This document shows positions 13,268 to 25,651 of a stretch of 64,000 bases of DNA, piece after piece. The position numbers were made by a program, and so were the translations under genes. The stretch covers positions 99,944,001 through 100,008,000 of the forward strand of contig OZ024741.1 in assembly GCA_964016885.1 (NCBI GenBank), in the 5' to 3' direction. How positions within the stretch are numbered: the first letter of the stretch is position 1; every line of letters starts with the position of its first letter. The stretch is from Eledone cirrhosa (lineage: Eukaryota). The notes under the pieces were generated by a model, which was given only the letters and a program-made list of their open reading frames with translations, was not told where the DNA came from and did no database searches.

Positions 13268-13875
13268 GTCAGGTCACAAGTTGGTGCTACTGGTAACATG
13301 TATCCCAGTACAACCTGTCCCATGGTCGGGTCGTTGGCGACTAAACTGGCAACCCCACCAAGGTTTCTTGGTGAGGAGGGTGACTTTGGCCATCCTGCAG
13401 GACTAAAAACAAAACCTGTCAAAGGGCAAAGGAGCTCTTAAGAGTCAATGGCCATCCAAAATCACCGGGAGAGATGACCCCTTAGCCTTTGTCAAGGCAG
13501 AATTCTAGGAGAAGGAAAACTCTGATATAACACCTGCAACCCTGATGGTATCCAATGATGTTGACTTGTTCTTCTTTTTGGTAAATATCATCTTGGTTAA
13601 GAGAGTGGGACTGGCTTTGTGCAGTGCCTTTGATCACTATAAAAGCTTCACGACACAGGCATTGCTTTATATCTGGAGATCTCTCTGCACTTGTCGTCAC
13701 ATGGTACCATGGGCCCAGCACTATGTGTCAATAATTGTCACAAGTGTACTGCTTGTACCAGAGTTTACAAGTCGCTGGATGGACTAAATAGTCACACTCG
13801 TTCAGCGGATTGGTATGGGTTCTCCTACAGGGATATAAAGTAGTGGCCGTACTCGAAAACGAGTTGGCAGCCACC
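13268..13875 (+). mobile_element. Probable non-autonomous LINE/RTE-derived repeat between (TA)n tracts
   Basis: GC-richer island bounded by TA microsatellites, with GGCGACTAAACTGGCAACCCC..AAAACCTG resembling RTE 5' regions; no clear ORF. Confidence 0.3.
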
Positions 13876-13921
13876 ATATATATATGTACATATATATATA
13901 TATTATATATATATACTGTAA

Positions 13922-14045
<124 letters not shown>

Positions 14046-14226
14046 CGGCGATGAATTAGTTTTGCGAGGTTTTTTATATGAAATCGTGGCAACATTGAGG
14101 ACCGAGTAAGTTAGATCGCAGATATATATATATAAAAGACAGCGAGAAGCGAAAACCAACCAAACAGTGAGTGTGTTCTGTTATTAATTCTGGCAATATT
14201 ACGCAAATATGACCCTCCCCAAATAT

Positions 14227-14261
<35 letters not shown>

Positions 14262-14538
14262 TATTTAGGTTTCTGTCTTTGATATATGTATTTGCTTCTA
14301 AAGATCTGACTTGCCGGTAGTTTAATGTGGCGTTCACTGTGGAGGAGATTGATGTTAAACGATATAAATGTTCCTGTTATTTAAGGATGTTTGCTTACTG
14401 AGATACAAAACAGATTTCCACTTTTGAAATTATACAACACTTTTTCTTATTTAATATAAGGATATAACTATGTCATGAATGAAGGAGTTATAAGCGTTAG
14501 AACAAATGCGCGAAATAAACGTTATTATTATTATCATC

Positions 14539-14930
14539 AGGCGGTGGATTGGCAGTGTCGGTAGAGGGTCGGAATGTCATGCTTTGACGCATAGAATTAC
14601 GGCCCTTACCATTCTGAGTTCAAATCCCGCCGAGGTTAACTTTGCCTTTCATCCTTACGGAGTCGATACAATAAACTACCAGTAATTCACTGGGTAATTG
14701 CTGGCCTTGTGCCAAAAGTAGAAACAATCATTATGATCATCATCGGTCGATTGGAAGTATCGGTGGAGGGTCGGACGCCATGATTTGCAGTATAGAATTA
14801 CGCCCGTTACGGTCTGAGTTCAAATCTCGCAGTTTAACGTTGCCTTTCATCCTTACAAGGTCGATAAAATTAGATACCATTAATGCACTGGATTAATTGC
14901 TGGCCTCGTGCCAAATGTAGAAACAACTAT
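14539..14930 (+). mobile_element. Two tandem tRNA-derived SINEs
   Basis: A-box-like GATTGGCAG, B-box GAGTTCAAATC, core TTTGCCTTTCATCC..GTCGATA, ending AGTAGAAACAA plus simple tail. Confidence 0.8.
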
Positions 14931-15321
14931 CATCATCATCATCGTCATCATCATCATCATCATCATTGCCGCTGTCGTTTTCGTTGCCTTCTTCATTACC
15001 ATCACCACCAGCACCGTTCTTCTTATCAACATCAAGACCATCATGATCATGAACTACATTAATCATTATGAAGCTATTTAAATATTTAGTGAATAAAAAC
15101 TAGAAAAAAAAAGAGACACTCGTTCCCGTGACATAGCTCATGAAGTTTATTCTTATATTTCCTTGTCTTTTAATAAAAGATTCTAGCTATGAGGCAGCCG
15201 TTTTAGTCAAATGAAGGTCGCATGCATTTGCCCTCAAATGATTCGCGTCAAAATAGACTCGCGAATAAATGGTTCTTAACTGTATATGACACATGTCCGT
15301 AGGAACGTTATTATTATTGTT

Positions 15322-15507
15322 GTGGCTGTGGATTGGCAGTATCGGTCGGATGCCATGCTTTCCAGCTTATAGTTACGCCCCTTTACGGTCTGAGTTCAAA
15401 TCCCACCGAGGTTAACTTTGCCTTTCATCCTTACGATAAAATAAAGTTCCAGAAATGCCCTGGGGTAAGTGATGGCCTTGTGCCAAAAGTAGAAACAATT
15501 ATTATTG
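15322..15507 (+). mobile_element. tRNA-derived SINE
   Basis: Same family as 14539. Confidence 0.75.
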
Positions 15508-15763
15508 CCGTGTTTGATATCAAACGTGTTGTCATTTTATATACTATGAAGGTTTGTATATTCAAGCAACAACATCAATATTGATATCTAATAGAGTTTC
15601 ATGTTTACAAATTTCAGTGGCGAATAAATACATGATTGTTGCTTATTCCAGGAATCCCAGATTGTTCACAGTGGGATTTGAACTCACAGTTTCTTACGTG
15701 TAGTAACAAAGCTCTACTTTTTCTTCTAATCTAATAATCATAAACAATTCAATAGCAGCAACA

Positions 15764-15800
<37 letters not shown>

Positions 15801-15802
<2 letters not shown>

Positions 15803-18800
15803 TTTTTCTTTATTAACCACAAGGGTTCACATAAAGTAGACATTAAGGACAGTACAGGAAATACAGGACGGTACAAATGGGCATTTCTGCGTGTAAAAAA
15901 ACAGAGGTTGAAATAAAATAACAAAGAAAAATTCCCCAATAGGGGGGAGACTTCCGAGGGACATTTGTGGAGAAAGCCCATTAAAAGACCACAGTGGCCC
16001 TGACCACCAGGGCAAGTGCCCTCTCCCAGTTTTCCACCTTTAATTTACAGACACATACTCAGAGAAGGCCCATTCATTCGGGCCATACTTGCTTCTCTCA
16101 CCCATCTTTCAACAAAATGCTGGGAAGAGAGCACTTCCCTCTCTACCCTGATTTTCCTTTTCAAATGAAATTTGAAAAAGTTAATCAGGGCATCACCGAA
16201 GAGGTAAGTGCTCGTCTTCAGCCCTTTCAAACGTGTCCACCATACTATCTCTTTCGCCATGGCCACCAGACAGATAAAAACTGCCTGCCCTTCCAGGCTA
16301 AAGGAAGGGGGCGGGGCAATCCTCACGATGGCCTCAGCTGATAGCTGGATCCGTCCTACACGTGACAGCAGGTGTTCGACATAAACCCACAAGTCAGCAA
16401 TGCTCGGACACTGGACGAGTGCGTGCAGGACGGTTTCGTCGCCCTGCGCGCATCTCGGACATGCCCGGCTGACGGCACCTCCATGCCTGTGGAGTTTATC
16501 CCGAACTGGCAAAGCTCCTCGGTAGCACTGCCAGGCCAGGGATTTCTGGAAGTTGTCCATAGGCCCCGGCCCTAAAGTCCTTCCGAAGAGATTGGCCAGT
16601 TGATTTTCGTCGACGCCGAGAGTTTCTCCAAGTACGTCGTCGCTCTTACCCTCCACTAATCCCCTATAGAACGCCAAGGTGGAGTTTCCACCGATCACAT
16701 TGCCCGATTGGTGGAGGGATGTGAGCGCCTGAAGACATTCCAGTCTCCAGGCGCTCCCTCTCGGTCTTCGCTTGACCCAGGACTGCAGCTCCGTCAAGGA
16801 AACGAGCTGGGGAAATACGTGTCTAGCAAACGGCGACCACACCTGATCACCATCGAGGAAGAGGTGGAGATGTCGTAGCCTGAGCGCGTGCCTGCGCATC
16901 ATCAGCCACGGCATGCCCAGCCCTCCACGTAGCGGGTGTTGACAACAGATGGACCGCCTGACCATCGGAGCGCGTCCCTTCCACAAAAAGCGAAAGAGCA
17001 AACGCTCCAGCGCAGTCAGGCGAGGCTTAGGACAAGGTACGACGGTCAGGCGGTAGCAGATGACAGACGCGATGTACGCGTTAGCCACCTCCGCTCGACC
17101 TTTCAGGGATAGCTTCCTCTCCGCCCATTTCTGGGTGAGAGAAGCCACCCTGCTCATCACCTCTTCCCAGTTTTTGTCCGTCTGGAGGTCCGGACCAAAC
17201 CAGACCCCTAGCAATTTAACCGGTCCGTCCGTCCAGCGTCCGACGACGCTGTTGGACGGCATGGACCTGCCTCTCCAGGTGCCGATCTGCAGGCCCACTG
17301 ACTTTTCCTGGTTGATCATTGCTCCTGTCACCGCTTCGTATTCTCCTAGTGTAGTGCCGATCGCCTCGATGTGTTTGGCGTTCGACACCACTACGGTGAC
17401 ATCGTCGGCATATGCTGACACGGATCTTCCGCATCCTAGTTCGCGCGGGACGCCCCTCAATGTCTCCAGTTTGTGCAGTAATGGCTCGAGAGTCAATACG
17501 TACAAGAGAGACGAGAGTGGACATCCTTGGCGGACCGAGCGCATGATGTTGAACGGTTCCGACAGGTGACGGTTCACTCTCACCACAGAGCAGATGTCGC
17601 TGTGCATGGCAGCGATCCAGCCACTGAAGACGGGCCCAAAGCCAGCCGCCCTCAGGTCTGCCGCTAGGTAACGATGGTCGACCCTATCGAAGGCTTTCGA
17701 CTGATCTAAATTGATCAAGGACCCACCCGTGCCAGGTTCCATAGCTACCCTCTCTACGATGTATCGCATGAGGTGGAGGTTGTCGTGGATGGATCTGTCG
17801 GGAATGGCGCATGTCTGCGCCTCTCCCACCAGACCACCAACGACAAGCGCCAACCTCTTTGCTAGCACCTTGGCCAAAATCTTGAACTCTTTGTTTAGCA
17901 GAGTTATGGGCCGGAAATTATCTATGTTATCCCCTTTGTTCGAATCCTTTCACAGCAGTGCCACCGCTCCTCGGCTCACAGAACTGGGAATTCTCACTTG
18001 TTGTTGTTGGTGATGTTTGCACTGGAGTCTCTGTTGCAGCTGCATTTGGTATTGCTGTTGTTGTTGTTAATACTTCCACTGTTGCTGCTGTTTTTGATTT
18101 CCGTGGCGTGGGTATGGGTGTCACGGACCTATCGTTCCTGGTTGCCGCTTGTCCTGTTGCTGGTAGCCGTGGAGCCGGTTTCGGAAGGAGGGTTTTTGTT
18201 TTCCTTTCTCAGGGTCTTCTCGTTGTAGAAGGCCCTGAGGTGAGTCTTCGATCCACAGCGAAAGCATTTCGGGCGTTTGCCCTCAACACTTATGGGCAGT
18301 TGTGTGCCGTTATCGAAGTCTATCACATCCGGGATAGCTTCGATGCACTCCTGGTTGGTTTGGATTAACATCTCAATGGAGGTGCCGACCCAATCTTCTC
18401 TTACTTTTTTCTGTACTTGCAGTACAGTTGTTTTGTCCTCGATTCCGACGAGGACAGACGCGGCCAGCCAAGAAGGAGCCATCCCTGGGGGGGGGGTGGG
18501 GGGGGGGGTGGCAGTTTGACCCTCACCATTTTTTGCCCGCAGTAGGAGGGCACCAACACCATTTCCTCGCTCCTTAGGGTCACTAACGATTGAGCCTTTG
18601 CCTCCTGTGGTGTGGCAAAAAGTACGCCTACGGTGGCATATTTCTTGCCTCGGTGATGTGCGTTTTCCGCTGCCACACAGACCCCAAGGCTTTTTGTATT
18701 TGAGCCTCTGTGGCTCTTTCCACCCTATGGGATTTTGTACTTACTGTACGGTACGTGACCGTACAGTGCTGTTGGGTTTCGAAAAATGTTTCCGCTGCCT

Positions 18801-19624
18801 TGCAGATTGCTCGGTGTCCAGTTTTTGTCACCATCTTCTTCGCTTCCTCTAATTCCTCATTTGTTATGAGGATGGTTTCCAGGTTCTTTGCGATACCTGC
18901 AAACGAGATTGTTTTTTTCTTTGCTGCTGTTGTTGTTGTCGTCAGAGCTGCTGTTACTTTTGTTGTTGCTGCAGGTACTACGACTACTGCCGGCGCCGCT
19001 GTTGCTGTGGTTGTTGTTGTTGTTGCTGCTGCTGCTGCTGTTGTTGTTGCTGCTAATGCTGTTGTTGTTTATGCTGCTGCTGATGCTGTTGCCGCTGCTA
19101 CTGTTGTTTTCCTTGTCAGTGTTGCTGTTGTTATTACGGCTGCTACTGCTATTATTCCTGACGTCACACGAATGAAATGGGTTTTCGTATTTCCCGCACA
19201 CCTGTTTCGTCGTTGTCGTCGTGGAGAAATCTTGCACGCTTTGCACGAGATTTTTTTTTTCTGTCGTCGCTTGCGAAAGAGAAGGGAGGGAGAGAGACAC
19301 ATTTAAAGAAGGGAGGGAGAGAGACAATCTTCTCTCTGCTGTAGTGACGATTGAGGAAGAAGAAGACGGAATGAGTGGGAGTGACCTATGAAAATTCTTT
19401 TTCGTAGCCATGTTGTTTTTTTGTTTAAAATAAATATTGGGCACAAAACACCAATAAGCAGTTATTTAACCCCGAAGGGTCAAATAACGGGCAGAAAGAC
19501 TCTCTCACGAGGAGGAGGTGTTTTTGTCTACAAGTTGGTTAAAGTTTTAAACAATTTACAATTGTTATAGCGGTCAAAATTTACAATACCTTACAGAGCC
19601 GAGCCTCCATCAACGATAGCATTC
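15801..19624 (-). mobile_element. Tx1/L1-clade LINE copy A (internally deleted, no endonuclease)
   Basis: ORF1 remnants with a CFRCGSKTHLRAF knuckle are joined at ~17995 directly to the RT; (AAT)n at both ends. Confidence 0.9.
16045..17877 (-). CDS. Tx1-type ORF2 reverse transcriptase plus C-terminal CCHC zinc finger (partial)
   Basis: DQSKAFDRV, RQGCPLS, AYADDV, GGLG, CPRCAQGDETVLHALVQC; in-frame TGA upstream at ~17950. Confidence 0.9.
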   Translation of the reverse strand: MAKVLAKRLALVVGGLVGEAQTCAIPDRSIHDNLHLMRYIVERVAMEPGTGGSLINLDQSKAFDRVDHRYLAADLRAAGFGPVFSGWIAAMHSDICSVVRVNRHLSEPFNIMRSVRQGCPLSSLLYVLTLEPLLHKLETLRGVPRELGCGRSVSAYADDVTVVVSNAKHIEAIGTTLGEYEAVTGAMINQEKSVGLQIGTWRGRSMPSNSVVGRWTDGPVKLLGVWFGPDLQTDKNWEEVMSRVASLTQKWAERKLSLKGRAEVANAYIASVICYRLTVVPCPKPRLTALERLLFRFLWKGRAPMVRRSICCQHPLRGGLGMPWLMMRRHALRLRHLHLFLDGDQVWSPFARHVFPQLVSLTELQSWVKRRPRGSAWRLECLQALTSLHQSGNVIGGNSTLAFYRGLVEGKSDDVLGETLGVDENQLANLFGRTLGPGPMDNFQKSLAWQCYRGALPVRDKLHRHGGAVSRACPRCAQGDETVLHALVQCPSIADLWVYVEHLLSRVGRIQLSAEAIVRIAPPPSFSLEGQAVFICLVAMAKEIVWWTRLKGLKTSTYLFGDALINFFKFHLKRKIRVEREVLSSQHFVERWVREASMARMNGPSLSMCL

Positions 19625-19933
19625 AATAATAATAATAATAATGATTTCTTTATTGGCCACAAGGGCTGATATAAAAAAAAACATCACAGACGGAACAGGA
19701 CGGTACGATGTTGGTTTTGTGCGTGTAAATATTTTTATTATTTATATAAGAAAAGAAAAAAGACATAAAACATATACATATATAAACAATAAAATGAAAA
19801 AATTGAAACAATGAAAAATTCCCCAATAGGGGGGAAACCTCCGAGAGTTACTCGTGGCGAAAACCACACAAAATACCACGGCCACCCTGACTACCAGGGC
19901 AAGCGCCCTCTCTCAATTTTTCCATCTCTCAAA

Positions 19934-22900
19934 CTACAGACGTATATTCAGAGTGGTCCCGTTCACTCGGACCATTCTCGCTACATTCACCCACCTTTCA
20001 ACAAACTTGCTAGAAAGCAGCACTTGCCTCTCCACCCTGATTTTCCTCTTCAAGTGAAACTTGAAAAAGTTAATCAGGGATTCGCCGAAGAGGAAAGTGT
20101 TTGTCTTTAATCCTTTTAACCTTGTCCACCACACAATCTCTTTCGCCATGGCCACCAGGCAGATGAAAACCGCCTGCCCTTCCTCTTCAAAGGAAGACGG
20201 CGAGACCATCTGCACAATGGACTCAGTCGACAACCGGATCAGTCCCACACGTGACAGCAACTGTTCAACATAGCTCCACAAATCAGCAATGCTCGGGCAC
20301 TGAACGAGTGCGTGCACAACGGTTTCGTCGCTATACGCGCATCTCGGACAGGCTCAGCTGACGGCACTTCCGTGCCTGTAGAGCTTATCTCGAACCGGCA
20401 GCGCTCCCCGGTAGCACTGCCAGGCCAGGGATTTTTGGAAGTTATCCATAGGCCCCGGGCTGAAAGTTCTCCGGAAGAGAGCAAGCAGCTGATCTTCTTC
20501 GACGCCCAGGATCTCTCCGAGAAAGTCGTCGCTCTTCCCCTCCACTAGTCCTCTATAGAGCGCCGAGGTGGATGTTCCACCGATACTGGTGCCCAACTGG
20601 GAGAGGGCAGTGAGCGCCTGGAGAAATTCCAGTTTCCAAGCGCTATCCCTCGGTCTTTTTCTGACCCAGGACTGCAGCTCCGTCAAGGAGACGAGCTGTG
20701 GGAAAATGTGCCTGGCGAACGGCGACCACGCCCGTTCACCATCAAGGAAGCACCAGAGATGTCGCAGCCTCAGCGCATGTTTGAGCATCATCAGCCATGG
20801 CATGCCCAGTCCTCCACGCGACGGGTGTTGACAGCAGATGGATCGTCTGACCATGGGAGCGCGTCCCTTCCACAAAAAGCGGAAGAGGAGGCGCTCCATT
20901 TTGGTGAGAGTTGGGCTGGAGCAAGGGACGACGGTGAGGCGGTAGCAGATGACGGATGCGATGTACACATTCGCCACTTCCACCCGGCCTTTCAGGGACA
21001 GCTTCCTCTCAGCCCATTTCTGGGTGAGGGAGGCTACCGTGCTCGTCACCTCGTTCCAGTTTTTCTCCATCTGGAGGTCCGGTCAGAACCAGACCCCGAG
21101 CAATTTAACCGGTCCGCCCGTCCAACGCCCCACGACGCTGTCGGACGGCATGGACTTGCCTCTCCAGGTGCCTAGCTGCAAGCCCACCGACTTTTCCTGT
21201 TTTATCTTTGCTCCTGTCACCGTTTCGTATTCCTTGAGATCGGTGCCGAGCATCTGGACGTATCTGGTGCTCGACACCACCACGGTGACGTCGTCAGCGT
21301 AAGCCGCCTCGGATTTCATGCAACCTAGTTCGCGTGGGAGGCCCCTCATCGCCCCCAGTATGTGCAGTAACGGCTCGAGAGCCAATACGTACAAGAGGGA
21401 CGAGAGGGGACAACCCTGGCGGACTGAGCGCATGATGCTGAACGGCTGCGACAGGTGATAGTTCACCCTCACAACTGAGCAGATGTCGCTGTACATTGCT
21501 GCGATCCAACGCCTGAAAACGGGCCCGAAACCGGCTGCCTCGAAGACCGCCGCCAGGTACAGATGGTCGACCCTATCGAATGCTTTGGATTGATCCAAGT
21601 TGATCAGGGCCCCACCCTTGCCAGGTTCCTTAACCACTCTCTCTATGATGTATCGCATGAGGTGGAGGTTGTCGTGTATGGATCTGTCCGGGATGGCGCA
21701 TGTCTGCGCCTCTCCCACCAGACCCTTGACGACAAGCGCCAACCTCGTTGCTAACACCTTGGCCAAAATCTTGAACTCTGCGTTTAGCAGAGTTATGGGC
21801 CTGGAATTATCAATAACATCCCCCTTGTTCGGGTCTTTTCTCAGCAGCGCCACTGCTCCCCGGCTCACAAAACTGGGAATGCTCCCGTTCTGCTGCTAGT
21901 TGCAGTAGATGTCTGCCAAGAGGTCACCGAACAAGTCTGGCATAAATGCATAAAGCTCGTAGGGCAGACCATCTAAACCTGGCGATTTACCTCTTGTGCA
22001 GTTAGCCATCGCTTCCCGTATTTCACCGGCTGTTATTGGCTTTTCGCAACACTGTGCTGCGGTCGTCGAGAGCCGAGGCAGTCCGTCGAGGTATGCACTG
22101 AAGTCCATGTCCCGATCCGGGCCGCCGCCGCACCCGAACAGTTCAGCAAAGTCCTGCTGAAAAACTTCACACATCCGCTCGTGTTCAAGCATCACGCACC
22201 CGTTTTGTTCAGACGAAGACCGAATTGTGGCTTTATTGCCACGTCGCGCCTCTGCCACCCGGGCCCATTGGACGGTTTTTGTCCCCTCGTGTTTCAGAGC
22301 ACGCGCTCTAGCTCTGACAACGCTGCCTTCGTGTTTTGCGTTGAAGAATTGGTCGAGTGCCAATCTCGCCGTAAGCACGTCGGTTGCGATACCTGTCCTA
22401 AACGCCTCTTCTAGCTTTCTGACTAGCTCTCCCTCTACTCTATTTTCCTCTATCACTACTCCTTTGCTAAACCTAATCGACTCTACTTTAATTGCCCTTT
22501 TCAGGGCAAACCACCACCTGTTGTTGACGACCGCTCCCGTAAACGCCCGCTTAACTAATACGCTAATCCGGTCTCTGTAGGCATTGCGCGCCGGGAAAGA
22601 CGCGTTCAGCTTCCAGGAACCAGCCCTTGTCTATGAAATCTGTCTATGTCGATCTCACAGATCAGAAATTTGTGGTCTGTATAGTCGACTATTTTAAATT
22701 GTGGACAACTTATACTAGCCTTATCTAGTTCCCTGCAGAATACCCTATCTAGATACGATCTGGATGACCCGATGCAGTTTGTCCATGTCCACATTGGCAC
22801 ATTCGGGTGATCCAGTCGATACCTGTCAGACAGTTCAAAACGTCTGAGCAGGTTGGTGAGGCTCTTGCACCCTCCTCCCCTATCCACTATCCCCACACGA

Positions 22901-23352
22901 TCCCAGTGTGCATCCAAGATACCGTTCCAGTCGCCCACTAACACTAAAGAGCGGGACGTTCCAAGACAGGTCTCTAGACGTCTGAAGAAATCTGGCCGCC
23001 CTGCCCCTGTTGGGGCGTAGACGGCTACTAGCCTGAAAGCATTGCCTGCGTTGCCGGTCACGTCCAGCACCACCGACTTACCTTCTGGGTCCAGGAAGAT
23101 GGCCCGTATCACGAGATCCAAGCCTCTCCGAAAACGGACGGCAACCCCTCCCCCCAATCCTGAACGGCTGGGAGATGCGTATACATCGTAGCCGCCGAAG
23201 ATCGGTGCGAAGGCCTGTGCCTCGGAGATTCTGGTTTCACTGATGGCCACCACATCTATGTTTAGTGACCTGAGGTCATTGAACAGGTGACCCTGCTTCC
23301 AAGATGACCCCAGGCCACGTGCATTTATACTTCCTATTCTGAGTACAGCCAT
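19934..23352 (-). pseudogene. Tx1 ORF2 (APE endonuclease, RT, CCHC) with stops and frameshifts
   Basis: SINARGL, ISETR, GDWN, SYLDRV, TDHK (APE); KSPGLDG, AYADDV (RT); split across ORFs 22606-23388, 21896-22456, 21083-21868, 20354-21070, 19934-20317. Confidence 0.9.
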
Positions 23353-23384
23353 GTTGGATGAGAAACGGGGAAAATGAGAAAGGG

Positions 23385-25429
23385 TCACTTACCTTGTTCG
23401 TGTGGTGAAGGGACAGTAGAACCGTCCCTTTCGCTGGTCATGGGTGTTTCCAAGAGGATGTCAGTGTATATCCTCTTGGTAACCGACCCTCTGAAGTCTC
23501 CAACTGCGTTGGGGAATTTTTGTTTTAAAGGTTTATATTGTTCTAATGAGATTTCGATGATGCTTATTTTTGTCGGGAGAGTTCTTGGTGTTGATGGGGT
23601 GTAGTAATTTTTTTCCGTGATGTCTGTGTGCTGATTTATCTATTTTATGAGTTCTTTTTTTGATATGTTTATGGCTGTGTACTTTTTGGGGGGAGGGGTG
23701 ATTTGTTGCCGTTTTCTTCTTGTTGCTGTTTGGTGTGTGTGTCTTGTGTTTGCGTTGTTGGTGTTTGTGGTGGTGTTGCTGCAAGTTTCCTTGCTGCCTT
23801 TACCCCTCTTTGTATGCCTTCGCTTTTGGAGGGTGAATCTAAGGATTTTTTTTTTTGTGGCAGACTGTTTGCCACGTCACTCCCGTCTCAAACTCCATGT
23901 CGGATTCTGTGGCGTCTGGGAGGGGTATGTGCTCCACGGCTGTTGGTGGTGATAGTGGAGCCCTCTTCGGCAATGTTGTTGCTGGTGTAGCTATTTCAAA
24001 TGTAGCTATTGGTGTTGCCGCTATTGATGATGCTGCTTTAGTTATCCGTGGCCTTGGTACGGGTGCTACGGACGTTGCCCTCCTACTCACCGTGGAAGGG
24101 GCTTCTTCGTTTGTTGCATGTCCTGCTCTTGGTAGCAGCGGACCAGGTATTGGAAGGAGAGAAGGAGAGGGGCCCTCTTCGGTGTCTTCTGCGGGCAAAA
24201 GGCCCTGAGGTGACCTTTCGACCCACAGAGATAACATTTTGGCTGTCTTCCTTCTACACTTATAGGGAGTTGGAGTCCTTCCTCAAAGTCTATGATATCG
24301 GGGATAGCTTCGATACATTCCTGGTCAGTTTGTATAAGCATTTGCATGCCTATACTTGACCAGTTCTCTCTCCCTATTTTTTCTACTTGCAGCATGGTCG
24401 CCCTGTTCTCAATTCCAGCAAGGGCAGACGCGGCCAGCCAAGGTATGGGCACGTCGGGTGGGACCTGGGTCACTTTGACCCTCACAATTTTCTGCCCGCA
24501 GTAGGAGGGCACCAAGACTAACTCTTCACTCTTTAGGGTTTCCAAAGAGTGAGACTTTGTTTCCTGGGGGGGGGGGTGAAAAGTACGTCTACTGTGGCTT
24601 ACTTTCTGCCTTGGGTGATGTGAGTTTTACGTGCCCAGACGCACCGCAAGGCCTTTTGGATTTGAGCCTCCGTGGCTCTCTCCACTCGATGTGAGATTTT
24701 GGTTACGGTGCGGTAAGTCACCGTTCGTAGCTGCTGGTCCTTGAAAAAATCGGGTGGAGGTTTCAGGGAAACTCTATTTGCGCTTCTTGTCACCATGGCC
24801 CTTGCGACTGCCATCTCCTCCTCTGTGACTAACACTGTCTCGATATTTCGGGCGACACCTGCAAAAGAAGTGCTCCCTTTTTCAGCAGCGTCACTATTGC
24901 TGGAGATACTGGTCTTACTGGTGGTGCTGAGGTCGCTATTACAGGTATCGGTGTCATTGTTGTTCTTTTCGTGGGTACAGTTGTCGGTGTTGTTTTCGTT
25001 GATACTGTTGCTGCTGTTACTGTTATTGTGGCTGTTGTTATTATTGTTGTTTTTGTTGATAATGTTCCTACTATTATTGTTGTTGTGGCTGTTGTTATTG
25101 TCATTGTTATTGTCGTTCTCGACCTTACCGCTGTTATTTTTGTTATTGTCGTTCTCGACCTTACCGCTGTTATTTTTGTTATTGTCGTTCTCTACTTTAC
25201 CCCTGTTATTTTTGGTGTTGTTGTTGGTGTTATTGTTGGTGTTGTTTGTGTTAGAAATATTTGTTAATTTTAAATCTGTAACAATCTTTTTTTCCTTTGT
25301 AATATTTTCGTTTATATTAACCTCCGCTGGAACGCTGTCTTGTTGACATGTTGATAAAGTCTCCTTCTCTCTGTGTTGTCTGACAGCGCCCTCTCTCTTT
25401 TTTGTGTTATCCATGTTGACATTTTTCAA
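23385..25429 (-). pseudogene. Tx1 ORF1 (gag-like, Asn-rich N-terminus, CCHC knuckle), frameshifted
   Basis: CYLCGSKGHLRAFC; homologous to copy A ORF1; frameshifts at homopolymer runs. Confidence 0.8.
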
Positions 25430-25651
25430 AAAATATTTTTACACAAATACGAATACGACACCCCGTAAAGGGGTGCCGTATTATTTACTAGTGAACCCCT
25501 GTATTAGGTGGGTCACTTCTTCTAAACTTTTATCAAATTTAAAACTTGAATAAAAGGTTTAGAACGGTTGAAAAAGAGGTAAAACGTTGAAAAAGACTGG
25601 AGGCGATAAGAAGCGTGGCTTCACCAACCAATAATAATAATAATAATAATG

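Larger units (their letters stand above)
19644..25628 (-). mobile_element. Tx1/L1-clade LINE copy B, full length but disrupted
   Basis: 5' UTR, ORF1, ORF2 (APE-RT-CCHC) and 3' UTR; (AAT)n at both ends. Confidence 0.92.

Noticed and set aside
14600-14640. tRNA genes suggested by GTTCAAATC B-boxes
   Set aside because: They are SINE heads, with no cloverleaf and attached to the SINE core.
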